Notes under the pieces: model-generated
The model's database searches: none
What the model saw: only the letters and a program-made list of their open reading frames with translations
What the model was told of the DNA's origin: nothing
NCBI RefSeq assembly: GCF_964355755.1
Contig: NC_092678.1
Location: forward strand, 21,159,365 to 21,223,364
Length of the DNA stretch: 64,000 nt
Direction: 5' to 3'
Source of the DNA: Antedon mediterranea
Lineage: Eukaryota > Animalia > Echinodermata
Shown here: piece after piece, positions 1 to 28,330 of the stretch
Layout: each line of letters starts with the position of its first letter
Position numbering within the stretch: position 1 is the first letter of the stretch
Position numbers and translations under genes: made by a program

Positions 1-1749
1 ATCGGAACGATAAGGAAAAGACTACGTACATGTGGTTAATATATGATGCAGAAATTATCTTTGAGGATCTTTTAATCTTTTTTCGAAGCAATTGAGTAGG
101 TCCTTTTAGTCAACAAGTTGTGTGGGCTATTAGTAATATTCTTGTCTAGAAGTACTGTGAAATGTTAGAATGGTTATTAGAGAGGTTGGTTGAAAAGGAA
201 TAATCTGAAAACATTTATATAAATATATATAATTATTTAATTTGTATGAGGTCTGTAGTTCTTAGTATGCGTCATGATGTATGGACATTCCATGCCCAAA
301 GTGTAGCGAAAGTGGCTATAGTAAAGTGGTCTTTCAGGATGCTATTTTTACTTGACCTACTTTCAGAGCAGTCTATTGCTACTATTTACAATTACCTGTA
401 GTACAGTAGGTGGGCATTTAAAGATCAAACTTTATTTTTTAAAGGGACAGTGCAACACACTGGTTCAAAATACTTAGTTTTAAAGGGACATAAGATACAA
501 AGGAGAGAATGAAATATTATACAATTAATAAATGAGTTCAACAAATGAAATATTCTCCACTATCCAACAAATACAAAGCATTCATTATTTATTCTATTGA
601 ACACTGCTATGAAGTAACTCAGAATTGCAATACTGCCCTCAATCTGTATAGTATGAACTTTTTCATTTCCATATAATGTTGTGTTCTGCGTTCATCAGGA
701 ACAGATGTTTATGACACATAACTTATTTAAAAAAAAAAAAATTCACAATTCAATTAATAAGCATATGTATTATATTATATGACATATGATATCAAAATGA
801 ACTTTCAAATAATTTTTAATTCAATGTTATCTCAATATGTATTTATATTTAAATTTCCAATCCAATGAAAGCACACCAGGAATAAAATTAGACTATTTTC
901 CACTTGGACTTTAGTTGGTCTAAATAAAGGGTGAAAGAAAAACAAAAAAATACTACCAGAAAATGAAATTCATAATAATATATACATTATGTTTTTATTA
1001 TGCATCATGTTAATCATAATTACTGGCAAATTATCTTTATAGACTGAAAATTATATTTGTATTGCTTACCATTATCGCTATGGCAAATGTACGTGTCAGT
1101 GTGATTACTATTTAGGATACTAGTATTTATTCAAGGACAACCCAATCTGTAATTTAGTTTTATTACAAAAAATTATGATTTTTGCAATATATGCAAGAAA
1201 TAAAATGTTATGTTTCATTTATATATTTCTTTTATTGAATTTTGGGAAACAAAATAAATATCTTTATTCTGAACTATGATGTCATTTAGAAATTGGGCAA
1301 GCAGTAGTATTTGGGAAAGTAAAACTATTAATTAATTTTTAACTTAATTTAAATCAATTCAATTTAAGGCCTGTCTACAATACAGGTAATAATTTTAACA
1401 TAGTTTATAATCGGACTAGTTACTAACATGTGGACTAGTAAAATATTGTTAATTAGCCCAAAATAAAGATTTAAATGATAAATACATATATTCTTGTTAG
1501 AAATCGAGCAATTTGAAAATAGTTGCCCAAAGGATTATTACAAATGTAAATCATCACATGCATTACAAAAATATCTCAGTTGTCTTTTGAATAATTCAAA
1601 GTGTGATGTGTGTATAAAGACGTATGATTGTAAACAGTTAGTTCACTACTCTGTTCTGTTGACAACACTACCAGCTTATTTTTATACGAGTTTGGCAGTT
1701 ACCATGAAATGGATTTTAGCACGGTCTTCGTCTCATAATATATTCTAAC

Positions 1750-1770
1750 ATGGAGGAAACTAATAAAGAA
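1750..1770 (+). CDS. Candidate alternative first coding exon of MAGI (MEETNKE)
   Basis: aacATGG start context, 7 codons, GTAAGT donor in phase 0, compatible with exon 8943. Confidence 0.45.
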
Positions 1771-2024
1771 GTAAGTTGTTTTTAACTGTTTATGACACGT
1801 TTAAGGCGTGATAGGTTTCCATACATTTAATTGCTGTTATTAAAAGTTGATACTTTTACTGGTGTAAATTAACTTTCATTTTCATTTCTTCTTTTAAACA
1901 ATGTCCTTTAATGGTGTAGTTTATGAATTGTTGTTGGCATAGGTTAGCTTTGTGTTATTAATGTTTGGTTGTTTGTACATGGTACAATGTGGAAAAGTGC
2001 AGGAAATAATGTTTGGCATCTTGT

Positions 2025-2540
2025 AAGTAAACTACTTTCTCTACAATTTGTAGTTTCAAAATTTAAACTTAGTGGTGGTATCAAGAAAAATATTTATTAA
2101 AAGATTCAACCTGATTTTTTTAAAGTAATGAATTTAGATAGTGTAGAACAATTATGAATAGGTTGTGTCCCTGAATTGGCTGTGTCCCCTGAATAGGAGT
2201 GTCCCCTGAATAGGGTGTGTCCCCTGAATAGGAGTGTCCCCTGAATAGGGTATGTCCCCTGAATAGGGTGTGTCCCCTAAATAGGAGTGTCCCAAAGTAG
2301 GGGTACTACTTTCTACAGTTTGTAGTTTCAAAAATTAAACTTGTAGTGATGGTACAGTATAAAGAAAAATATGTATTTAAAGATTCAACCTGACTTTTTT
2401 AAAGTAATGAATTTAGATAGTGTAGAACAATTATGAATAGGTTGTGTCCCCTAAATAGGGGAATGTCCTCTGAATAGGGTGTGTCCCCTGAATAGGGTGT
2501 GTCTCCTGAATGGGAGTGTCGAAAAGGGGTACTACTTTAT
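2025..2540. repeat. ~280-bp tandem duplication containing 19-20-bp gaatagggtgtgtcccct arrays
   Basis: Duplicated flank aagattcaacctga...gtgtagaacaattatgaataggttgtgtcccc at ~2101 and ~2380. Confidence 0.8.
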
Positions 2541-3900
2541 TTCAGATCAGCTATCTTTATCTACAGTTAGGTCATAAAAAATGGTCTTTATTTGGAGCGA
2601 GTTTATGCTATATTTGTTTTTATAGTGTTTTCTTTGTTATTATGACGAGCAATGAATTTCCTTTTTGAGGATCAATAAAAGTTATCTTATCTTATCTTAT
2701 CTTATCTGTCTTTAAATGAAAGGACTTAATTTGGAAGAATGCCTGTGATACAGTAACATAAATTATATATGTATCAGTAATGATTTTCCAGTCATGCTAT
2801 GTAATTTTACGATTTTAAGACACATCTGCCCGATTGACATCGTACGTTCAATATGTCAAATCGTGATGCTGTTCAACTTGGGTAATGTCAAGAAAATGGG
2901 GGTTTATTCATTTAGAAAACCATTTATTTTTTATAGTTAGAAATAAAACGCCCTAGACTACCTGGCTGTCGTTTTTTAATGCTGAAAAATTATTTATAGT
3001 TGAAATGAATTGATAGATATTTGCCTTCACGGCTATATATGAAATTAAATTTTCTTTATTAATTTCCTAACATATTCAACATATTTGTTATTTCTCATCT
3101 ATGCAGAACTCAATATTTCTTCTTTATTCATTATGGTTGGCATTCTGTCGTAGTACTGTATAATTTTTAAAACTTTACGATTAATTTTTCTATAAATTTT
3201 TAATCATGATTACTAGAGTGCAAGATCATTAACCATAGCTTATTTTAATTTATTTTAATATTAAGAATGAAATTAATCTATAATAATGAATTTCTTCTAA
3301 TTATATTTCAATACAATTTCTCTTTATTTCTAGACATCCAATTTGTCCATATTTCACAACCTCTTGTTTTATAAGATTCATTTTATTTAAAAATTATGTA
3401 GGAATTTGTACAGCCGTAGGTGCCAGCACTTGTATTAACTTTTCCGATACAAGATTGTGTTAAATGTTATTGTAAAATATATTTCAATCTTTAAAAAAAA
3501 ATTTATACAGAATCCATATAAGAAATTGAACAATATTGCATAACATCTGAACATATTAACCTTTGGCATCTTATGTCCAATTACATTTTTACAAGAGATT
3601 GAGTTGAAATTTTATTAAAAATATCAATATCATAAATAAATATTATTGAACAGAAGTAGGACAACATTTATTATACTTTCATAACTCCTGAAATATGTAA
3701 AATATCAAATAATAAAATATGTAGGCTCAGTCAATAGTGGAATTTTAAATATGTTCTAAAAGTGTTATAAGGTATATGTTTCAAATAAAATAACAGTTGC
3801 TTGCCTGCACCCTAATCCGTTTCGTGTTCTAAAATATCACATTTTATTCAAATAGATTCTCTCTCTGCCTCAGTGCATGAGAGTTTTATTGGAGGCAATG

Positions 3901-4052
3901 ACACTGCCTACAATATCAAACTAGTTTGACAAAAAAAATTCCCAAATATGGTAGTGATATTCCCAAATATGGTAGTATTATGACATCATCATGTCCATAT
4001 ATGGGCACATCACATTTTTTGTCAAATAAAGTGTAATAGTGTAGACGAGCCT
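3901..4052. mobile_element. MITE family A (TIR agctctgtctacactatcaaact; Harbinger-type); further copies near 7547, 14828, 40034, 41186, 48818, 53770, 63949
   Basis: Shared core gtgatgtgcccatatatggacatgatgatgtcatatcactaccatatttggg and terminal inverted repeats, usually flanked by TAA/TTA. Confidence 0.7.
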
Positions 4053-4972
4053 TTAAAATGCATATTTGTTACTAGGATATGATTCAAACCAGCTTAGTTT
4101 GGTTCATGCACCAATATTGAACACTAGTGTGAACAGAACCTATGTCGCTTTATTTAAATAGTAGAACAACCATCAATCATTCTTATTAACTATTTGATAG
4201 ACAGTACATCGATTTTTTCATCATCTTTTCCTGTCAAACATCCTTAGCTTCCATCTGTTTTAAATACCCAGGTTTCAACAGAATCTTATTACCTACTGTA
4301 CTTGCTGACCTGTGGAAAACTTAATGACCCATTACGCCCATTGATGAGCATGTAATGAATTCTCACGAGAACAACAACAACCAAATCTCACTATCAGATC
4401 TTAGAATTAATAGCTGTAAACTCAATGATCTGATGTAATAGCATCATAATATAATTGTAATGGTGGAACCTTCTTTTGGACGATAATTGGAGAGTTTTTC
4501 TTATTTTTGAAGTTGAAATCATGTCTTGTTTTCCATTCAGAAGATTCCATGCATCAATGGTTTTCTGATGATATCCAGATGTGGTTTGAAGAAGTGTTTT
4601 CTGGATGAGTTACTTTAAAAATCACAGAAAAGTAATTAATAAATTGTTCAGAAAGGTTGGAGAAGTGTTTATTTCAAGTTGACTTTCAAAGTGGGAGGAT
4701 AAATTTGTTTATCTAGACTTATATTGGATATAAAACTGCTTGTTGTGGTTTGTACCATTTGATTTAGAAAGGAGAGGATAATGCTGTCCCTTTTTCAAAG
4801 GTTTTATGATTGGATGTGAAAAAATTGATGAAACAAAGTTAGAGAACATTTACCAGTGTAAGTTAAGAAAATTGTTGTTTTTCACCACTCTTCAAGATAA
4901 AGTAGACCAAAACTGAAGTTTATTAAGGATTTTAAAGGAATAAAGATTAAGTTTCTTTCTTCTCTGTTTCAG

Positions 4973-5002
4973 GAAAGTTTAAGTCATGAAGATTTCTTAC
5001 AG
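4973..5002 (+). CDS. Candidate 30-nt cassette microexon (ESLSHEDFLQ)
   Basis: Long polypyrimidine tract + cAG; CAG|GTacc donor; phase 0/0. Confidence 0.4.
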
Positions 5003-5790
5003 GTACCAAAAAATACATAAAAGGAGTGTATTGTAATTTATTTCTTTTTAATAATATAATAAAATCACACATAAAGTTATAATTTATTTGTTTATTTTTA
5101 AAACATTAATTGGTAACGTGTCCAAGATGACTTAATCTCAAATAAAGTTTATCAAAACATACAACATCTAAATTACAATGCGATCAATACTCTAGCAACA
5201 GGAGGAGCATATCCACCATTATCTTTAAGCTATATTAATTTCTAGACCAAGTATTCTCTTTCATCAATCGTAACTTTGTTTATCAACACATCTCAAATTA
5301 ACTTTTTTACTTGCTGACGTCTGAAAGAAACTTTTGGCCTGTAGCCTGGTCACGTGCTTGTTGAATTAAACTTGTAGACATTTCTTTACAAGAGTTACTG
5401 TATTTTGTTGGTTTTTGTTTGGGGATTGCAGAGATGGATAGATTACAAAAGCGAAGATTTTCTTGAGATTAAAACTTAAACAATATGCTATAGTTACTAT
5501 GATTTTTAACAGTTTTCTTTAATTTATGGACCAATTATTTTTGGATTATCAAAAGAGTCATCTTTGATGTTTACATTTTTGCGATAATTTATTATTTGAA
5601 ACAAGATGATGTGGGAGGATAAAGAAGAAAGCAACATCAATTTTGATTGGCGTTTCACACTATTTGACACATACATTTGAATTCATGAGTACATTTACAG
5701 TACAGTACAAAATATACCCAGGTGTTTATGCAAATCAGTGCTGTGGTTCCATAGATAATATATATTGTAGTTATATTACTTGCTGTTAGA

Positions 5791-5832
5791 ATGAGCCAAA
5801 AGAATAGAAGGAAATTACGGGCTAGACAAAAG
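5791..5832 (+). CDS. Candidate alternative first coding exon of MAGI (MSQKNRRKLRARQK)
   Basis: ATG-initiated, 14 codons, AAG|GTAAGT consensus donor, phase 0. Confidence 0.5.
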
Positions 5833-6550
5833 GTAAGTAATTATTTTGTCATGAACAGGTATGCCTCCAATTAAGGATCATTATTTAGCTCATTCTAAAG
5901 GGTTTATCAATGATACATTTAATTAAATTTAAATAATTAAAGACATAATTATTACCGGCTAAGCAAATGCTAAGTTTTCATTTCTAGGTTTTTCAGTTAA
6001 TTCTTCATTTGGGTCACTAACGGATAATTTATCAATGATATAGTTAATTAAATTTAAATAAGTAAAGAAGACATGATAATTATTTATAGTTTAAGATTAA
6101 TTCATGCAATATCACACACATCATGACATTCATTTTAGACGATTGCCATCGAAGCTGATCATGGTTAAGTCAGACGAAAAAAATATTCGAACATGTTGCA
6201 GATGTGATAAATTGTTAACGGTTTTAATAAAAATGATTTGTAGCAAGGTAGATGGCCTGTGTAATAATTTTTAAAAGCTCTTGTAGATGTTAAAACTCGT
6301 GCAAATACATCACGTCTTTGTTACGCATGATTAGGAATGTGATAAGTCTCATTTTCATCATTATACGTTTCTGAAAGTCCGTCTCAGACACACTTCACGC
6401 GAAGCTGTTCAGCTTTTTGCAGAGGAAATCTGTGTTGTAAAAAAAATTGTGTTTCTGATCTAGTTTAAAAAAATTGGATTTAACTTTATTGCGGATAACT
6501 GTTATCAACTACTGTACTTTGTATTTGGGAGTGAACGCTTTCGTTTCTTC

Positions 6551-6604
6551 ATGTTTGTGTCAGATTTTAGTACGAATTTGCTTCGCAGACTTTATGAATT
6601 ACAG
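6551..6604 (+). CDS. Candidate alternative first coding exon of MAGI (MFVSDFSTNLLRRLYELQ)
   Basis: ATG-initiated, 18 codons, CAG|GTtggt donor, phase 0; CpG-richer upstream region. Confidence 0.4.
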
Positions 6605-7546
6605 GTTGGTTAGTTCAGTTTAGTGTACTTTATAATTGGTTGTAACTATGAATATTAAATAATGGTTGTTTTTACTATTAGGGCCAAATAATAATAATGA
6701 AATGGAGTTTGCTCATATACAACCAAGTTTTGATTTGAGGAATTTAAGTTTTAAATAGTTAAAATTAAATGTAATTCTGGGATTTATGTTGTAATAATAG
6801 TTAGTGTAGACTTTTTAGTTCATAAATTACTATTTATCAAAATTAGTTTGCTGCAGTAACTACATGTTTTTACTGCAATAATAATTTGTTTCAATGTAGA
6901 AGTTTAATTGCAACAACAGTGTGTATATGATTATATAAAAAGCTAAATAAATAATTGCATAAAAAAGAATGTAGCTACTGCAGTAACTGCAGTAAAATTG
7001 ACTTTCATATTAGAGTAGAAACAGCATTAAAGTTGCTATATAGATTAATTAAAGTGTGAACAGGTTTATTTTATATCAAGAGCTCTTTCCTTTCCTCAAC
7101 ATAAATTATATGAAAGAAATATTTTTATTTTTCTGTGAGCTTACGAAAAGCTGGGTCAAAATTAAACGCTTATCACATCATAGAAATGAATATTTTTTAT
7201 TAGGTGATATTGATCTCTTAGTTCCACATGTAAAAATATTCTTCTCAACACAATTGCTAATACATAAGTGTCAGAAACGCTTAGTATATATAACCAAATG
7301 ATGGATGGTCATTCGTTTTGTATTGTTCATTTGTCATTGGATGATTACTATAGTTGTAATTCACCTCAGGTGTTTATGCAAATTAGCCAATAAATTCATC
7401 AGCAGATGTAATTAATCGTTTAAATCGGTGAAGCATGTCTTAAAACTCGTGGATAAAATATGACGTTTATAGTTGGATTTTTTATGGGGATGATTGGTTT
7501 GAAAAAGTGAGTGGAGGAAAGAAGAGTTTGTATCTCTATATTCTTA

Positions 7547-7663
7547 AGCTCTTCCAAATATGATGATATTCCCAAGTATGGTAGTGATATGACATCATCA
7601 TGTCCATAATATCGGCACATCACATTTTTTTGTCACATAAAGTTTGATAGTGTAGACAAAGCT
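7547..7663. mobile_element. MITE family A copy
   Basis: Ends agtttgatagtgtagacaaagct + tta. Confidence 0.7.
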
Positions 7664-8411
7664 TTACAGGTTGAAATAGATTTTTGAAGAGTAATTTTAA
7701 GTCAATGAATAGAATTAGAAACAGGATTTCAACCCACGTTTTCCTACCAGGAAGATGTTCTGCTCCTAAAGACATTTTTGCTTTTGTTTTGTTATTTTGC
7801 TCAATAATCAATTCTAACTAAAACGAAAGCAAATCTATTTAGAAAATAGAAAGAAAGTTGTCATGGTCACAAGTTACATAGGAAACGGTTGCATAAACAA
7901 AAACACTTTTACATTAACATTGCAAGATCATTAAACTCGCGTCACATGATTATTAATGGAAGCATATAAATATTAAAATAACGGTCATTGCATATTCATT
8001 ACGATTGAACATTGGCAAGGTTGCTGCAATCAATAACTCAAAGCGTGTTGTTATTAATATATATGTTTGTAGCGTATTCTTTCATAGGGAATGATTTATC
8101 GTAACTCGGTGTAAAATGGAAAATATTGTACGAGTTTGAGGCAGTTTTTGTTGTAGTAGCAATTTTAAACAAGGTTACAGAGTATTTGAGGTTTGTCAAG
8201 GTTGAAACATACAGTGTTGCTTCAAGTAATGTTAATTTTAGTAATACAATGCTATAGATACTTGTGTCGCGTCTTGTGTCAACTGTTATAGTCCTATAGA
8301 TTGACATGTAATGTGAGGTAATACAGTTATTCAATACAATGTGGCATAACGTAAAACAAATTGAAGACCGTTCATTTTCTGTGACTGTTGGAACAATTCA
8401 CTAAGTTTAAT

Positions 8412-8762
8412 GAGTGAGTGAGTGGCCGAGCGGTTAAGACAGTGGAACCGTAATTACGTAGCCATAACATCGGCAAGGGTTCGAGGCTCACTCGCTCCAT
8501 GGTTCTGGTGGTAGAACGAGTCTTCTCGGATAAGGACTATAAACCGTAGGTCCAGTGTACACATCTAGCTCGTGTGCACTTTAAAGAACCTAGTACATCT
8601 TTCGAGACGAGTAGGGGGTTACCCCGGTGTATAGTACATCACAGCCACTGATCACCAACTGGGCCCTCTGGAGACCAGTCTTTGACTGAAGAGGTTACCC
8701 AGTATAAATATAAATTTCAATTCAATTCAATTCAATTTCAATTCAATTCAATTCAATTCAAT
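8412..8762 (+). mobile_element. tRNA-derived SINE with Deu/Nin-type central domain and (TTCAA)n tail
   Basis: A box TGGCCGAGCGG, B box GGTTCGAGGC; core ctcggataaggactataaaccgtaggtcc...taaagaacct...gagtagggggttaccccggtgt; microsatellite tail. Confidence 0.8.
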
Positions 8763-8942
8763 GTTATAGAAATGTGTGGTATATAGGTTTGTATGTTAAT
8801 ATTAATATTAATTCTAACCCTCCTAATGGTTTCAAGGCACAGCAAACCTAAGTTGTTCTGGTCGTCTAAATTCATATTTTATTTTAAGGATTTTGATTTC
8901 ATCATCATACTATTTTAAAATGTTTGTGTTTTTCTCTTGCAG

Positions 8943-23868
<14,926 letters not shown>

Positions 23869-24419
23869 GGAAATTAAAAGACTAAAAGTTTTTGTAGTTT
23901 ACAACATACAGAGATTTCCTCCAATGAAAATTCGTGTTGGAACAGTGTTTGATTTCCATATTTGGGATTGTATATAGTACCCAATGAAAATTATATTACA
24001 TCAACTCTTGGTAATAATAACATTATATTTGTATGGAATGTTTAATCAAAATGTCTGTTTATATCAAGCTATTCCATATTTGGTTAAGGTACTGTTTATC
24101 CAATAGAATTGACTGTTGTATCAGCTATGGTGTGAAGTACTTGGTTGTGTTGGAGCCAATAGAATTGGCTGTTCTATCAGCTATTGGTGAACAATTCCAT
24201 ATTTAAGATGTTAGTGCCAGCTGTTCAGAATTGCAATAGAGGACAGGGGAAAACACAGTACTTTGTATTTTGTAGAGATTATACATGATAATACTGCCAA
24301 AAGTTTGCTGCAAAAGAGGATTTCTTTTTGTTTGATAAAGTAACATCGTGCTCCAACAAGCTGATAGATGAGGTTGTGGTATGCCATGGATTGAACTGAA
24401 TGGAGCCAAGTTGTAATTG

Positions 24420-24622
24420 GTTGAAACAACACTAACTTATGATTGGTTCAAACAATACCAACTTATGATTGATTCAATTAACATCAACTTATGATTGGTT
24501 CAACTAACAACAACTTGTTATTTGTTGAAACAATGACAACTTATGATTGGTTGAAATAACATCAACTTGTGATTGGTTGAAATAACATCAACTTGTGATT
24601 GGTTAAAACAAACTTGTGATTA
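24420..24622. repeat. Degenerate ~26-bp repeat (caacttatgattggttgaaataacat)
   Basis: About 8 diverged copies downstream of the MAGI stop. Confidence 0.65.
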
Positions 24623-25073
24623 AGTGGAATCATGTAAAAGATTGGACATAGTATTCAATAATTGTTGAGATGAATTAAGTGTAGAAAAAGAATCTTTTCT
24701 TGATTGGACCAGTGAAGTTTGAGCCACGATTTTAAAACACAATGTTCAAATTGAAAAACATTGCAAGGAGTCAAATGATAAGATTAACTGATAAATCATA
24801 TTCCATGATTCTCTCTTCGAAAGAACGCAGAGATTTGATTGGGTAATACTGATAGTGTTTATTTGTCATGTGACTTTGTAAGAGTGGTGTTTCTATGTTT
24901 TTAACCGCTCTCTTTGTCGTACATGGAACGAATAGGAATTTTTTAGGATATTATGGGTTGTATATTGGAGTATAAAGAAGGTTTTAGATAAGAATGGTGT
25001 TAAAATAACTAATGAATTATACAATTAAAATGCTTATTGCTGGTTCCCCAAAAATGTAATTTTCTTAACTTTA

Positions 25074-25740
25074 GCATGCATACCTTAGCTCTACTGCATA
25101 CAGTATGGACTACTGCATGCATACCTTAGCTCTACTGCATACAGTATGGACTATTGCATGCATACCTTAGCTCTACTGCATACAGTATGGACTACTGCAT
25201 GCATACCTTAGCTCTACTGCATACAGTATGGACTACTGCATGCATACCTTAGCTCTACTGCATACAGTATGGACTACTGCATGCATACCTTAGCTCTACT
25301 GCATACAGTATGGACTACTGCATGCATACCTTAGCTCTACTGCATACAGTATGGACTACTGCATGCATACCTTAGCTCTACTGCATACAGTATGGACTAC
25401 TGCATGCATACCTTAGCTCTACTGCATACAGTATGGACTATTGCATGCATACCTTAGCTCTACTGCATACAGTATGGACTACTGCATGCATACCTTAGCT
25501 CTACTGCATACAGTATGGACTACTGCATGCATACCTTAGCTCTACTGCATACAGTATGGACTATTGCATGCATACCTTAGCTCTACTGCATACAGTATGG
25601 ACTATTGCATGCATACCTTAGCTCTACTGCATACAGTATGGACTACTGCATGCATACCTTAGCTCTACTGCATACAGTATGGACTATTGCATGCATACCT
25701 TAGCTCTACTGCATACAGTATGGACTACTGCATGCATACA
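25074..25740. repeat. 41-bp minisatellite x~16 (gcatgcataccttagctctactgcatacagtatggactact)
   Basis: Near-identical units differing at one C/T position; no spacers. Confidence 0.95.
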
Positions 25741-27133
25741 GTATTCCACGTATTGTTAGTGAAATGTAATAAAAAAAAAACTTGTTCTCCGAAAGGGATC
25801 TGTTTTGTTATCATAATTAATTAGCCTATTATATCTAAAACGCATTTATAGCATGTAAATGTATCCATATTTCTATTATTTTAACTCTGTAAAATATATA
25901 TAATTATGTAGTAACTTTTAATTTTAATTTTTTTTTTTTTGTGCTTGTAATTTTTAAAGTTTTGCCATTTTTATTGACCATACATTTTTAAAACAACATG
26001 TATAATTTCTGTTTTATAATTATTATTGTATAATAATTTTATTTTATACTTTATGTAACATTGTAATAGTTTGATCAAAATATTCGCATTCATAATTCTT
26101 TTAGTTTTAAAATTAAAAATTGTGATATCGAATTTATTATTATTTAAATGTCAGGTTTTTTTTCCTATTTTGTTTTTTCTGTATTTGGAAAATTATTGTT
26201 TTTTGTCTTTCACTAAAGTCGTGTTCTTATTCTGTAATTGGATTAACTTTACTATTATTTTATCCTATGACTTTTATTAATATTTCATATGGGGAATAAA
26301 ACAAATCAAAATGTTACACCAGCAATCAAAATAGAAAAACTTTTTAAACATACTGAAAATCAGTTTTAATATACCACAGAATTTATTCTTTAAATTTAAT
26401 ATAAATAATGTGATGATTTGTGATATATTAAAATCATTATTTGTAAAATAAAGGTAGGCTGAAATTCATTTTTGTACAGTACAGTTAGATAAATCATTGT
26501 TATTGTAAATATACTTTAAGATTATCTTGGATAAGAAATTGACAAAGGTGTTTCTGCTGGATAAAATGAATCTGTTCCATATAGAAAGAATGCAATATTC
26601 CAGTTTAATAGTAGCCATTTTGAATTACCATAGTAACCGACAACAAACTAATTATCATATTTATTTGCCATGATTTTAGAAACATTCCCAACTGTCGAAT
26701 TCCATTTAGAGTTAGATACTGAATTCAAATATCAAATATAGTTAGGTAGGTCATTATTTTAATCTGCTACTGCACTATTCATTTTGATAATGGGGATGAC
26801 GCCTTTTGTTGTTCATGGTTGATCCAAATGATATATTTGATTTTCCAATTTATTGCACTGGAACTTTGTAAAACTCCGATTTTACCACAAGTCTATCATA
26901 ATGTATTGGATGATTTTAATTTTACTAACATAAAAATAAAACACCATTATTTGATACCATATCTGACCTAGTATATTCTTACCAAATGTATTCATAAAAC
27001 GTGGAATTGGAGTGTAGTTATAATAATAAAGGGAACTGTGTCATAATTCTTCTACTTCAGTCACTGCAGTTAACTACATTTCGTTTATGCAAGTAGCAAG
27101 CATACAGGCTCTTTTGTTGGGTAATCACAAACA

Positions 27134-27420
27134 AAGCTTAGTTCCAACTACGACGCAAGGACGAAAGCGCAATGCAAGCGAGTTGACCAATGGCAAACGA
27201 CAATTCAAATAATCCATCGCTTGTGATTGGTTAAATTACTTGCGTTTCGTCCTTGCAAACGAGTTGACCAATGGCTATTGAAAATTCAAACAACCAATTG
27301 CTTGTGATTGGTTAAATTACTTGCGTTTCGCTTTCGTTCTTCGGGTCGTCCTTGCAAGCGAGTTGACCAATGGCTATTGACAATTCAAACAACCCATTGC
27401 TTGTGATTGGTTAAATTATA
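27134..27420. mobile_element. MITE family B derivative with internally triplicated core
   Basis: Three copies of gcgagttgaccaatggc...gcttgtgattggttaaatta after a left TIR. Confidence 0.6.
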
Positions 27421-28174
27421 CGGTGTAGATGATAACTTTCTCCATGGGTGGATTATACTAGGACCAGATATGATGATATTCAAAATCTGATGGACGTTCA
27501 TTTATTTGTGTTTCAAAGTCATTGTTGTTGTGAGATTTTGGGTGCATTTATTGTAAGATTTTGTTTACAACTGTATGCGATACAATATTGTACAGTCACT
27601 TTTAATATGCCAAATATAATTTCTTTACATATAAATGTAGTGTAATTGTCTTTGTTCTATCGTTATATGCTGGATAAAGCTTTATAAAGAAAGAATGATG
27701 GATGGGTAAATGATGCATCATTTTCTAGCAAATTCCTGTACTATAGTACAGGGATTTGATCGAAAAATGGGCGCCAAAAAATGTACTAAAAAGCAATTAT
27801 TATTCCCTAATATTTCCATTATATAGAAACCAGTCATGTCCAAAACAGATTATCAAAATGTTCCTATTCGACAACATATCTGTGCTATAGTACATGAATT
27901 TTGTCGGAAAATAAGTGAAATATTAACTTTTTATAGAATCATAGTAAGCAGTTTTGTCGAAAAATAAAAGGGTTGAAAATTGGCCATTTTTTAACCATAC
28001 ATCGAGATCATTTAAAAAAATTCAATTTTTATGCAATAATAATAAATATTTCTATAATTATATGCATTTTATCGTCATCTTATGGTGTCAAGGTAAGTAG
28101 TTATTTCGAAAAAATAAAGAGAACAAATTGGCTTGCCTATTTTTTATTTTCAAACATGAACAACTATTAAGTAA

Positions 28175-28330
28175 AGCTTAGTTCCCACTATGACGCAACG
28201 CAAGGACGTAAACGCAACGCAAGCGTGTTGAACAATGACCAGCGACAGTCGAAAATTCATCGCTTGTGATTGGTCAAATCACTTACGTTGCGTTACGTTC
28301 TTGTATTGCGTCTCTAGTGGGAACCAAGCT
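28175..28330. mobile_element. MITE family B copy
   Basis: agcttagttcccacta ... tagtgggaaccaagct. Confidence 0.7.

Noticed and set aside
1-420. Possible LINE fragment at the window start
   Set aside because: No recognisable RT or endonuclease motif; cannot be supported.
4806-4857. ATG-initiated segment with GTAAGT donor at 4858 as another coding first exon
   Set aside because: Its frame ends in phase 1, incompatible with the phase-0 acceptors at 4973 and 8943; at most a UTR exon.
8412-8500. Possible tRNA gene
   Set aside because: Has A/B boxes but no convincing cloverleaf, and continues into a SINE body and tail.
25074-25740. CRISPR-like appearance of regular repeats (also 45.3-46.0 kb and 62.9-63.7 kb)
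   Set aside because: Head-to-tail units without unique spacers, no cas genes, eukaryotic context.
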